DNA of 33,825 bases from Oscillospiraceae bacterium. GTDB lineage: Bacteria; Bacillota; Clostridia; Oscillospirales; Oscillospiraceae. The DNA is taken from the NCBI GenBank assembly GCA_020025375.1, contig JAHHSF010000001.1:1-33825 (forward strand). Direction: 5' to 3'. Shown piece by piece: positions 8,547 to 16,083 of this stretch. The notes under the pieces were generated by a model that saw only the letters and a list, made by a program, of their open reading frames with translations, was not told the origin of the DNA and ran no database searches. The position numbers and the translations under genes were made by a program. Each line of letters opens with the position of its first letter. Position 1 is the first letter of the stretch.

Positions 8547-9359
8547 TCAGCCACCCAGGCTCTCCCATAGGTCCTGGGCGGTCTGCCGTGCGACCAGCTT
8601 GTTTCCGTGGTCCAGGACGTAGCGCAGGTGTGGCTTGGCCCCCTCCTTGTCCCCCTGGGCCAGGGCGCACTTGGCCAGACCCAGATGGGCGATGACCTGA
8701 TTTCGGGGAGAGGCATCCTCTTCCAGCAGTTCCTCATAGAGCCGCTCCACCCGGGGGCTCCCCCCCTCCTTCAAAAGGAGCAGGGCGCACTGGTTGAGGC
8801 GGATGGCGATTTGGCTGGCCTGGAAGATGCCGGTGTTCGGACGCACCCCGGCCAGGAGCCGCCCGACCTCCTCCATCTCTCGTTCCATCTCCTCCACCCG
8901 GCCCAGGGCACCCAGGGCGGCGGCCCGGTTGTTCCGGCAGACCAGCATGGGCTCCTGAAACCGCTCCTGAAGCCGGGATTGGATGGAATCCAGCTCGGTC
9001 AAAGCCTCCTCGTACCGCCCCAGGGCGATGAGGGCCGAGCTTTTGTTCAGCCGCCAGGCCAGCAAAGACGCCCGGCCGCTCTTTCCCCTCCGGTCAAACT
9101 GGTCCAGGCTGTCCTGGGCCAGCTCCAGCAGAGGCTTGGGGTCACAGTCCCTATTCATGGCTACCAGGGCCTCCCGGCTCCGTCGTTTGATACAGCTTCC
9201 ATATAAAAGGAGCCAGGGAAGCTCCGCCGCCACCATCAGGCAGAGGACCGTGAGAAGGGAGACCCCCATAGGAGTCAGGATAAAAAGAGCGTTGGCCCCC
9301 ACAATTCCCCCGATGAGCAGGACCCCCAGCTTGTAATTCCGGCAGACCCAACGTGTCAT
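8547..9359 (-). CDS. Hypothetical membrane protein with TPR-like helical repeats
   Basis: ORF of 270 aa. Two N-terminal hydrophobic helices (GVLLIGGIVGANALFILT and VSLLTVLCLMVAAELPWLLLY), then repeated A/L-rich helix pairs (ALIALGRYEEALTELD, AAALGALGRVEEMEREMEEV, LGLAKCALAQGDKEGAKPHLRYVL). Function unknown. Sits between pth and mfd. Confidence 0.6.
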   Translation of the reverse strand: MTRWVCRNYKLGVLLIGGIVGANALFILTPMGVSLLTVLCLMVAAELPWLLLYGSCIKRRSREALVAMNRDCDPKPLLELAQDSLDQFDRRGKSGRASLLAWRLNKSSALIALGRYEEALTELDSIQSRLQERFQEPMLVCRNNRAAALGALGRVEEMEREMEEVGRLLAGVRPNTGIFQASQIAIRLNQCALLLLKEGGSPRVERLYEELLEEDASPRNQVIAHLGLAKCALAQGDKEGAKPHLRYVLDHGNKLVARQTAQDLWESLGG

Positions 9360-9423
9360 ACTTCCGTCCCCCCATCTCTTTCTTTTAAGTGTTTATCCGT
9401 CCAGCCCCGGTGGGTGAGCTTTC

Positions 9424-10011
9424 TTAGTTAAATCGGTTCATGGCCCGGTCAGGACCCTCCTTAAGAAGGCACTCCACCGCGTCGGCCGCCTTTTTCACAG
9501 CGACATCCATGGCCTTGCGGTCCTCCGGCTGAAACTTGCCCAGGACCCAGTCCGCCATATCGTAATCCGGGTGAGGCTTTTGGCCCACCCCGATCCGCAC
9601 CCGGGGAAACTTGTCCGTCCCCAGGTGCTGAATAAGATTCTTGAGGCCGTTGTGGCCCCCGGCGCTTCCGCCGGTGCGGATGCGCAGCTTGCCGGGAGGC
9701 AGGGCCACATCATCGCAGACCACCAGGATCCGCTCTGGGGGAATCTTATAAAAGCGGGCGGCATCGGCCGCCGCCTCGCCGGAGAGGTTCATATAAGTCA
9801 CCGGCTTCATGAGAAGGACCTTCTGTCCCCCCAGCTCGGTGGTGTTGGTGAGGGCCCGGTGCTTCAGCTTCTGGAGCGGGATCTTCTTCCGCTCCGCCAG
9901 CTCATCCGCCACCTCAAAGCCGATGTTGTGCCGGGTGTTATCGTACTGGTCACCCACATTGCCCAGGCAGACCACCAGCCACTGGGCCCCGCCTGATTTG
10001 CTAAATAACAT
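9424..10011 (-). CDS. pth: Peptidyl-tRNA hydrolase
   Basis: ORF of 195 aa. Motifs LVVCLGNVGDQYDNTRHNIGFEV and GGHNGLKN. GAGGTGAAACC sits before the ATG. Confidence 0.93.
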   Translation of the reverse strand: MLFSKSGGAQWLVVCLGNVGDQYDNTRHNIGFEVADELAERKKIPLQKLKHRALTNTTELGGQKVLLMKPVTYMNLSGEAAADAARFYKIPPERILVVCDDVALPPGKLRIRTGGSAGGHNGLKNLIQHLGTDKFPRVRIGVGQKPHPDYDMADWVLGKFQPEDRKAMDVAVKKAADAVECLLKEGPDRAMNRFN

Positions 10012-10026
10012 GGTTTCACCTCAAAT

Positions 10027-10063
10027 GAAAAAGAAACGGGCGGGAGCAGGTCCCGCCCGTTTT
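10027..10063 (-). terminator. Rho-independent terminator between prs and pth
   Basis: Stem AAACGGGCGGGA (10034-10045) / TCCCGCCCGTTT (10051-10062) with a 5-nt loop. Followed on the minus strand by CTTTTTC. Confidence 0.7.
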
Positions 10064-10081
10064 CGCTTGTTGCGACAAAGA

Positions 10082-11041
10082 TTAGGTAAAGAGCTTGGAG
10101 ACGGAGATCTCCTCGTAGATGCGGTCGATGGCCTCGGCGAACATATGGGAGACCGAGAGATACTTAATCTTATCACACTTGACCTCCGGACGGGAGGGAA
10201 CGGTGTCGAGAAAGACCACTTGGTTAATATAGCTCTGCTCGATGCGCTCGATGGCGGGGCCGGAGAGAACGCCGTGGGAGGCGCAGGCGGTCACGTCGAT
10301 GGCGCCTCCGATTTCCACGAGGGCCTTGGCGGCACCGCAGAGGGACCCGGCGGTGTCCACCATGTCGTCAAAGAGAATGACCTTCTTGCCCCGGACGTCA
10401 CCGATGATGTTCATTACCTCGGAGGAGTTGGCCTTCTGGCGGCGCTTGTCCACGATGGCCAGGTTCATGCCCAGCTTCTGGGCGAAGGCCCGGGCGCGGG
10501 CCACGGAACCCACGTCGGGGGAGACCACGATGGTGTCGTCCTCCTGGCCCTTGTACTTGTCCCGGAAGTACTCCACGAAGATGGGGTTGCCCAGGAGGTT
10601 GTCCACGGGGATGTCGAAGAAGCCCTGGATCTGGGAGGCGTGGAGGTCCATCGTCAGCACCCGGTCGGCGCCAGCGGCCACGATCATGTTCGCCACCAGC
10701 TTGGCAGAAATGGGATCACGGGGCTTGGCCTTACGGTCCTGACGGGCATAGCCAAAGTAGGGCATCACGGCGGTGATGCGACCAGCGGAGGCCCGCTTGA
10801 AGGCGTCGATCATAACGAGCATTTCCATCAGGTTGTCGTTCACAGGCTGGCAGGTGGACTGGACCACGAAAACATCGGAGCCACGGACAGTCTCATAAAT
10901 GGAGACGAAATTCTCCCCATCGGAGAAACGGCCCACCTCGGCGTTACCCAGGGTGATGTTCAGGTCCTTACAGATGGCCTCTGCCAGAGTGCGGTTGGAG
11001 TTTCCGGCAAAGATCTTGATGTCCTTCCCATGTGCGATCAT
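10082..11041 (-). CDS. prs: Ribose-phosphate pyrophosphokinase (PRPP synthetase)
   Basis: The track ORF 10082..11083 starts at a GTG. I place the start at ATG 11041 (MIAHGKDIKIFAGNSN...) behind AGAGAGG. Motifs DLHASQIQGFF, VVSPDVGSVARAR and the PRPP loop ILFDDMVDTAGS. Confidence 0.93.
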   Translation of the reverse strand: MIAHGKDIKIFAGNSNRTLAEAICKDLNITLGNAEVGRFSDGENFVSIYETVRGSDVFVVQSTCQPVNDNLMEMLVMIDAFKRASAGRITAVMPYFGYARQDRKAKPRDPISAKLVANMIVAAGADRVLTMDLHASQIQGFFDIPVDNLLGNPIFVEYFRDKYKGQEDDTIVVSPDVGSVARARAFAQKLGMNLAIVDKRRQKANSSEVMNIIGDVRGKKVILFDDMVDTAGSLCGAAKALVEIGGAIDVTACASHGVLSGPAIERIEQSYINQVVFLDTVPSRPEVKCDKIKYLSVSHMFAEAIDRIYEEISVSKLFT

Positions 11042-11116
11042 GTTACTGATACCTCTCTTAACTCTTTTTTTATTTCCTGCCACCCGGAGGGGGCAAATTC
11101 ACGTATTTCAGCCTTC

Positions 11117-11794
11117 TTATTTCAGTTTTCCGTCGGCCCGGCGTTTGGCCGCCCAGCCCTCCAGATTTTTCTGCTTCTCCCGGGCCACGGCCAGAGCGTC
11201 GGCAGGCACCTCATGAGTAATGGTGGAGCCGGCGGCGGTGTACGCCCCATCCCCCACGGTCACGGGGGCCACCAGGTTGGTGTTGCACCCGATGAAGGCG
11301 TGACTGCCGATGGTGGTGCGGAACTTGTGCTTGCCGTCATAGTTGCAGGTGACGACCCCGCAGCCGAAGTTGCAGTCCTCTCCCACGTCGGCATCCCCCA
11401 CATAGGTCAGGTGAGCCATCTTGGTCCCCTTGCCCAGGTTGCAGTTTTTGAGCTGGACAAAGGCGCCAATCTTGCTCCCCGCCCCCACCACGCAGTGTGG
11501 GCGGATGTGCGTGTAGGGGCCAATCTCGCAACCGTCCCGAATCTCGCTTTCCTCACACTGGGAGGCGTTCACCGTCACCCGGTCACCCACGGCGCAATCG
11601 GTAAGCATGACATTGGGCCCGATGATGCAGTTTTCTCCCACCACGGTCCTTCCCCGAAGGATGGTGCCGGGCAAAAGAAGGGTCCCCTTCCCCACCGTGA
11701 CGCCGTCCTCGATGTAGACCGCATCGGGGTCCATCATCTCCACGCCGCTCTCCAACAGCCGCTTGCGGTTCCCGGAAAAATCAGACTGTCCCAT
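11117..11794 (-). CDS. glmU: GlmU-like glucosamine-1-phosphate N-acetyltransferase domain only (left-handed beta-helix); N-terminal uridyltransferase domain absent
   Basis: ORF of 225 aa. It aligns by eye to the C-terminal half of GlmU: RKRLLESGVEMMDPDAVYIEDG..., hexapeptide repeats, KMAHLTYVGDADVGEDCNFGCGVVTCNYDGKHKFRTTIG, LVAPVTVGDGAYTAAGSTI. Own SD (GGAAGGGGA) and ATG at 11794. Preceded by a 200-nt AT-rich non-coding stretch. Confidence 0.85.
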   Translation of the reverse strand: MGQSDFSGNRKRLLESGVEMMDPDAVYIEDGVTVGKGTLLLPGTILRGRTVVGENCIIGPNVMLTDCAVGDRVTVNASQCEESEIRDGCEIGPYTHIRPHCVVGAGSKIGAFVQLKNCNLGKGTKMAHLTYVGDADVGEDCNFGCGVVTCNYDGKHKFRTTIGSHAFIGCNTNLVAPVTVGDGAYTAAGSTITHEVPADALAVAREKQKNLEGWAAKRRADGKLK

Positions 11795-11995
11795 AGGAAG
11801 ATTCCCCTTCCGTCTTTATGGTATCTTGCATTTCTTTTATTATAGCAAAACCATCCCGTTTTTGCATCGGATTTTTATACTTTTCTATAAATTTTCCGTC
11901 CAGGCCAAAAAGGAGCCCCCTTTCCCTGTTAAGTACGGTCAAATTACCGTCGAAAACCGAAAAAGAGGGCACTTCCTGTCAAATATTTTTCGCTT

Positions 11996-12472
11996 TTACG
12001 CAAAGGAGAGCTTCCGGCCTATCCCCATCATGTGATAGATGCGGAAGACCTCGGCGGTTGCACAGAGCTTATCGGCCAGATTGACCACCACAGCCTCCCG
12101 GTAACGCGGCCGGCGGCGGGCCAGGGGCCACATGTGGGAGATGATGATGTTCTCCTCCACCGGGGAAAGGGTGGTGAGCTCCCCGGCGTTTTTCAGGGCG
12201 GCCTTTGGATGGTCGAAGCACTGATTGCCGGGATGGCACCCGGGCTGGCGGGGGTCGTACAGGTAGAGGTCATGAAGCAGGCCGCCCCGGGCGGCGGCGA
12301 GATAGTCCCACCCCAGCCTTCTCGCCAGCCGGAAGGCCACATAGGCCACGAAGACAGAGTGATCGTAGCAGGTCACGTCAAAATGGTGCTTGATCCGGCG
12401 CATGGCCTTCACCTGGTCGGAGGCGAGCAGGTCCCCCACCGTCTCGCAAAAGCACTGATGATTTCGTTTCAA
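11996..12472 (-). CDS. HD-domain phosphohydrolase (small, single domain)
   Basis: ORF of 158 aa. Motifs YDHSVFVAYVAFRLARRLG...GGLLHDLYLY...ISHMWPL...VNLADK. These fit the H...HD...D metal-ligand pattern. TTG start at 12472 behind GGAAGGTGA. Confidence 0.8.
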   Translation of the reverse strand: MKRNHQCFCETVGDLLASDQVKAMRRIKHHFDVTCYDHSVFVAYVAFRLARRLGWDYLAAARGGLLHDLYLYDPRQPGCHPGNQCFDHPKAALKNAGELTTLSPVEENIIISHMWPLARRRPRYREAVVVNLADKLCATAEVFRIYHMMGIGRKLSFA

Positions 12473-12520
12473 TCATGTCACCTTCCTGCCCCCTTGGGGA
12501 GCGCTTTGTTTTCTGCGGCC

Positions 12521-12549
12521 ATCATATCATAACTTTTCTCATTTGTCAT
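12521..12549 (-). promoter_or_regulatory. Candidate promoter for the HD-domain gene
   Basis: Minus strand: ATGACA (12549-12544), 17 nt spacer, TATGAT (12526-12521). Confidence 0.4.
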
Positions 12550-12562
12550 TGAAAAAAATGCC

Positions 12563-12600
12563 CGGAAAGAAATTCGTAAGAAATTCGTAAGACCTTTCCG
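12563..12600. repeat. Hairpin whose loop is a tandem 11-nt direct repeat (GAAATTCGTAA x2)
   Basis: Arms CGGAAAG (12563-12569) and CTTTCCG (12594-12600). The units GAAATTCGTAA at 12569-12579 and 12580-12590 are identical. T/A runs flank both sides. Lies between the divergent HD and GntR promoters. Confidence 0.6.
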
Positions 12601-12601
12601 C

Positions 12602-12630
12602 TTGTTTTTCCCCCTTTGGGCAGATATACT
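12602..12630 (+). promoter_or_regulatory. Candidate promoter for the GntR-ABC operon
   Basis: TTGTTT (12602-12607), 17 nt spacer, TATACT (12625-12630). The small inverted repeat GACC-acac-GGTC (12646-12657) downstream could be an operator. Confidence 0.45.
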
Positions 12631-12674
12631 AACTGTACCATTCAAGACCACACGGTCCAAAAGGGGGACTTCGC

Positions 12675-13037
12675 TTGATTTCTTTGAACTACCGAGACGC
12701 CCGCCCCATTTACGAACAGGTGCGGGACGGCCTGCGCCACCTCATGGTGGCCGGGGCCATCGAGGAAGGGGAAAAGCTCCCCAGCGTGCGGGCGCTGGCC
12801 GCCTCCCTGTCCATTAATCCCACCACCATCCAAAAGGCCTATGATGCCTTGGAGCGGGAAGGGTACCTGCGCACCGAGGCGGGCCGGGGCTGTTTCGCCC
12901 TGGTGAAGAACGGCCAGACCGCTCCCAGGAAATGCGCCCTGCTCCAGCAATTTGACGAGACTGCCGCCGAGCTTCTCTTCCTTGGCATGACCACCGAGGA
13001 GCTCTCCCGACGGCTGAAGGAGGTTTCAAAATCATGA
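12675..13037 (+). CDS. GntR-family transcriptional regulator, YtrA-like (short, wHTH only)
   Basis: ORF of 120 aa. Sequence PIYEQVRDGLRHLMVAGAIEEGEKLPSVRALAASLSINPTTIQKAYDALEREGYL. TTG start behind AAGGGGG. Stop overlaps the next ATG (ATGA). Confidence 0.88.
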   Translation: MISLNYRDARPIYEQVRDGLRHLMVAGAIEEGEKLPSVRALAASLSINPTTIQKAYDALEREGYLRTEAGRGCFALVKNGQTAPRKCALLQQFDETAAELLFLGMTTEELSRRLKEVSKS

Positions 13038-13936
13038 TAAGAGTCAAAAATGTGGTCAAGACCTTTGACGGCTTCCGGGCCTTGGACGGTCTGGACATGA
13101 CAGTCCCGGCCGGAGCGATTTATGGCCTGGTGGGTCCCAACGGCGCAGGCAAATCCACCATTATCCGCCACATCACCGGCATCTACCGCCCCGACAGCGG
13201 CACCATCCTGGTGGACGGCAAACCAGTCTATGAAAACCCTGCCGTAAAGGCCCGCATCTCGGTCATCCCCGATGACTTCTACTTTTTCCTCTCTGCCTCT
13301 ACCTCGGAGATGAAAACCTTCTATAAGGGCTTCTATCCCAATTTTGACGAGCACCGCTACCAGGCCCTGAAGGACGTGTTCACCACCGTGAACGAAAAGA
13401 ACCCCATCCGCCGCCTGTCCAAGGGAATGCAGAAGCAGGCCGCCTTTTGGCTGGCCCTGAGCTGTAAGCCCGACATTCTGGTGCTGGATGAGCCGGTGGA
13501 CGGCCTGGACCCTGTGATGCGCCGCCAGGTGTGGAGCCTCCTTATGAGCGACGTGGCCGAACACGGCACCACCGTCCTGGTCTCCTCCCACAACCTGCGG
13601 GAGCTGGAGGATGTGTGCGACCATGTGGGCATCCTCTCCCACGGCAAGGTATTGGTGGAACGGTCTCTCTCCGACCTGCAGGAGAACGTGGTGAAGATGC
13701 AGGTGGTCTTTCAGGAAAAAGAACTGCCCAAGCTCCCCGCCGACATGGAGGTTCTCCATGTGAGCCAGGTGGGCCGCATCCACACCCTCATCATCCGGGG
13801 CACCCCCACCGACGTGACCAACCAACTGGCGGTCTATGCCCCCATCCTTATGGAGGCCCTGCCCCTCACCCTGGAGGAAATCTTTATCTACGAACTGGGA
13901 GGTGACGACTATGCAGTCAAAGACATCGTACTTTAA
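13034..13936 (+). CDS. ABC transporter ATP-binding protein
   Basis: ORF of 300 aa. Walker A GPNGAGKST, signature LSKGMQKQ, Walker B ILVLDEPVDGLD, H-loop SSHNL. Confidence 0.92.
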   Translation: MIRVKNVVKTFDGFRALDGLDMTVPAGAIYGLVGPNGAGKSTIIRHITGIYRPDSGTILVDGKPVYENPAVKARISVIPDDFYFFLSASTSEMKTFYKGFYPNFDEHRYQALKDVFTTVNEKNPIRRLSKGMQKQAAFWLALSCKPDILVLDEPVDGLDPVMRRQVWSLLMSDVAEHGTTVLVSSHNLRELEDVCDHVGILSHGKVLVERSLSDLQENVVKMQVVFQEKELPKLPADMEVLHVSQVGRIHTLIIRGTPTDVTNQLAVYAPILMEALPLTLEEIFIYELGGDDYAVKDIVL

Positions 13937-15812
13937 TAAAACTCTTTTCTTTAAAAACATTACTCGTTTTTGGCCGATCTGGACGGTCTATACCGCCATC
14001 TGGACCTTTTCCCTTCCCCTGAATTTTTTCCTGCAGAAGATCAACCTGATGCGGTATGGCGGCACGCTGGAAAACCTCCAGCGGGATGCCGACAACCTCC
14101 TCAACACCACCGTCCCCGGCGTGTTGTGCTCCGCTGTCTTCGGCATCCTGATCGCCATGGCCGTCTTCTCTTACCTTTATAATACCCGCGCCACCGGCTT
14201 TATGCACACCCTTCCCATCCGGCGTGAGGGTCTCTTTCTCACCAACTGGCTCTCGGGCTACTGCTTCCTGCTGGTCCCCAACATCGTGGTGGCCCTTCTC
14301 ACCGTGGCCGCCCAGGCCTTTGCCGGGACCATGAACCTGTGGAACATTTGGATGTGGTTCCTCATCCAGAGCGGCACCGCCCTCTTCTTTTACTCCTTCG
14401 CCGTCTTTTGTGCCATGTTCACCGGCCATGTCCTGGCCCTCCCCATCTTCTACGGCATCCTGAATTTCCTGGCCACTGCCCTGTCCGCCGTCTTCGACAG
14501 CCTGCTCACCTTCTTCATCCTGGGCTATTCCCATTCCAGCCTCAATCCCCTGGTGGAGTGGCTCACCCCCCTGATGCAGATGTCGGAAAACCTTTACTAC
14601 CGGGATGTGGTGGAAAACGGTGTGGATCTCCACCTCTTTACCGGCTTCCAGTATGTATTGGTCTACATGGTGGTGGCCGTGCTCCTCACCGTGGCTGCCC
14701 TTCTTCTCTACCGGGTGCGGCACATGGAAACCGCCGGGGACGTGATCGCCATTCCCTGGGCAAAGCCCCTGTTTAAGTACGGCTTCGCCTACTGCACCGC
14801 CCTCGCCGGAGGCATCTTCCTCTACGCTATGTTCCAGAACATTTTCTCCTCCACCTGGGGCCCCCTCACCGTCTTCGTCCTCCTGGCCGGAATCCTGGGC
14901 TGCTACGTGGCCGAGATGTTCCTCCAGAAATCCTTTAAGGTCTTCCGCAAGGGCTGGAAGGCCAGCGGGGTCTTTGCCCTGGTCATGCTGGTCTTTATGG
15001 TGGGTCTGAAAATGGACTTTTTGGGTCTGGCCGCCTGGACCCCCAAGACCAGCGAGGTGGAGAACGTCGACCTCTATTTTAGTAGCCTGGCTCCCTACGA
15101 CTCCGCCGGAAACTTCATGGACACCTCTGACCCGGAGCGCATTACCCAGATCATTGCCCTCCATCAGGCCATCGTGGATAACCGGGTGGAGCTTCAGGAA
15201 AAAGAAAACGATCGGACCTACAATGGCGAATATACCTACTACAACTTCAGTTATACCCTGAAGAACGGCCGCTATGAGAGCCGGCGCTACTCCATCCCCC
15301 TCCTCACCGGCGAGAAAGGGAACGACCCCCTGTTCCAGGCTCTCCTGGCGATGGTGAACGACCCCGATTACCTCATGGACGCCTACTTCCCCTTCACGGA
15401 CCAGGGCGCTGCCGCCATTCAGGCCAATCTGATGGTCTATAACACCGAACGCCAGACCACCGAGCTGCGCACCCTGGATGCCGTCGATACCGAAAAGCTG
15501 GCTCTTGCCCTTCGGGCCGACGTGGAGGCCGGCCGTCTGGGCAAACACTACGCCGATGAGAACGACCCCGAGCGCCTGGCTAATTGCGCCTACTACGACC
15601 TGGACATGACCTGGTTCTACACCGATGAGGACGGCGTGACCCATACCTCCAGCTCTATCATCACCCCCCAGTTCACCGCCACCGAGACCATGAAGCTCCT
15701 CCACGACCTCCGGATTCTGGACGACACCCATGTCCTCCACTCTGTGGGCGAGGTCTATGAGGCGGAACAGCAGGAGACTGCTGCAACCGTCAGCGGTGAA
15801 TACGCAAGGTGA
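13911..15812 (+). CDS. ABC-2-type transporter permease-like membrane protein with a large C-terminal extracytoplasmic domain
   Basis: Track ORF is 13836..15812. Start placed at ATG 13911 (MQSKTSYFNKTLFFKNITRFWPIW...) behind GGGAGGTG, overlapping the ATPase gene by 26 nt. Multiple hydrophobic helices over the first ~390 aa, then a ~240-aa polar domain. Confidence 0.75.
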   Translation: MQSKTSYFNKTLFFKNITRFWPIWTVYTAIWTFSLPLNFFLQKINLMRYGGTLENLQRDADNLLNTTVPGVLCSAVFGILIAMAVFSYLYNTRATGFMHTLPIRREGLFLTNWLSGYCFLLVPNIVVALLTVAAQAFAGTMNLWNIWMWFLIQSGTALFFYSFAVFCAMFTGHVLALPIFYGILNFLATALSAVFDSLLTFFILGYSHSSLNPLVEWLTPLMQMSENLYYRDVVENGVDLHLFTGFQYVLVYMVVAVLLTVAALLLYRVRHMETAGDVIAIPWAKPLFKYGFAYCTALAGGIFLYAMFQNIFSSTWGPLTVFVLLAGILGCYVAEMFLQKSFKVFRKGWKASGVFALVMLVFMVGLKMDFLGLAAWTPKTSEVENVDLYFSSLAPYDSAGNFMDTSDPERITQIIALHQAIVDNRVELQEKENDRTYNGEYTYYNFSYTLKNGRYESRRYSIPLLTGEKGNDPLFQALLAMVNDPDYLMDAYFPFTDQGAAAIQANLMVYNTERQTTELRTLDAVDTEKLALALRADVEAGRLGKHYADENDPERLANCAYYDLDMTWFYTDEDGVTHTSSSIITPQFTATETMKLLHDLRILDDTHVLHSVGEVYEAEQQETAATVSGEYAR

Positions 15813-15828
15813 CCCCTCTTTTTTCCCG

Positions 15829-15857
15829 AAAAGGCCCTGCTTGGCAGGGCCTTTTTA
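15829..15857 (+). terminator. Rho-independent terminator after the ABC operon
   Basis: AAGGCCCTGC-ttg-GCAGGGCCTT followed by TTT. Confidence 0.75.
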
Positions 15858-15968
15858 CCGTAAAAATATTTTGTTTTTCTTTTATATTCTTTTATTTGTA
15901 CCCCTAATGCCGTTTAATCTTTCTTTTTGAGCCTTTGTTAAAGTTTTAACGAGCAATCTTCTACCCTA

Positions 15969-15997
15969 TTGCATTTCCACGAAAAGGATACTATAAT
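15969..15997 (+). promoter_or_regulatory. Sigma-A-type promoter for the thiolase gene
   Basis: TTGCAT (15969-15974), exactly 17 nt spacer, TATAAT (15992-15997). About 85-nt leader to ATG 16084 with SD AGGAGG. Confidence 0.6.
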
Positions 15998-16083
15998 CAT
16001 ACTCAGGAGTTTGTGACTTTCCATCACTGGACAGTCCCTATTTTCCAATCAAAATTCGGATTATCTTTAGGAGGTCAAGCAAA

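Noticed and set aside
11781-11972. 63-aa ORF in the AT-rich spacer upstream of the glmU-like gene (MPSFSVFDGNLTVLNRERGLLFGLDGKFIEKYKNPMQKRDGFAIIKEMQDTIKTEGESSYGTV). It was considered as a small gene or a SpoVG remnant, because spoVG precedes glmU in Bacillus.
   Set aside because: It has a GTG start with no properly spaced SD, and its end overlaps the glmU-like start out of frame. Similarity to SpoVG (V-I-x-G-x-x-GLFVAMP) is only a few residues with wrong spacing. It cannot be supported without a database search.
16011-16027. TTGTGAC-tttcca-TCAC downstream of the thiolase promoter, considered as a Rex (TTGTGAA-N4-TTCACAA) or CRP/FNR-type (TGTGA-N6-TCACA) operator.
   Set aside because: Only one half-site matches well. 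The spacing is off by one and the second half is 4/7 at best. Not enough to call.
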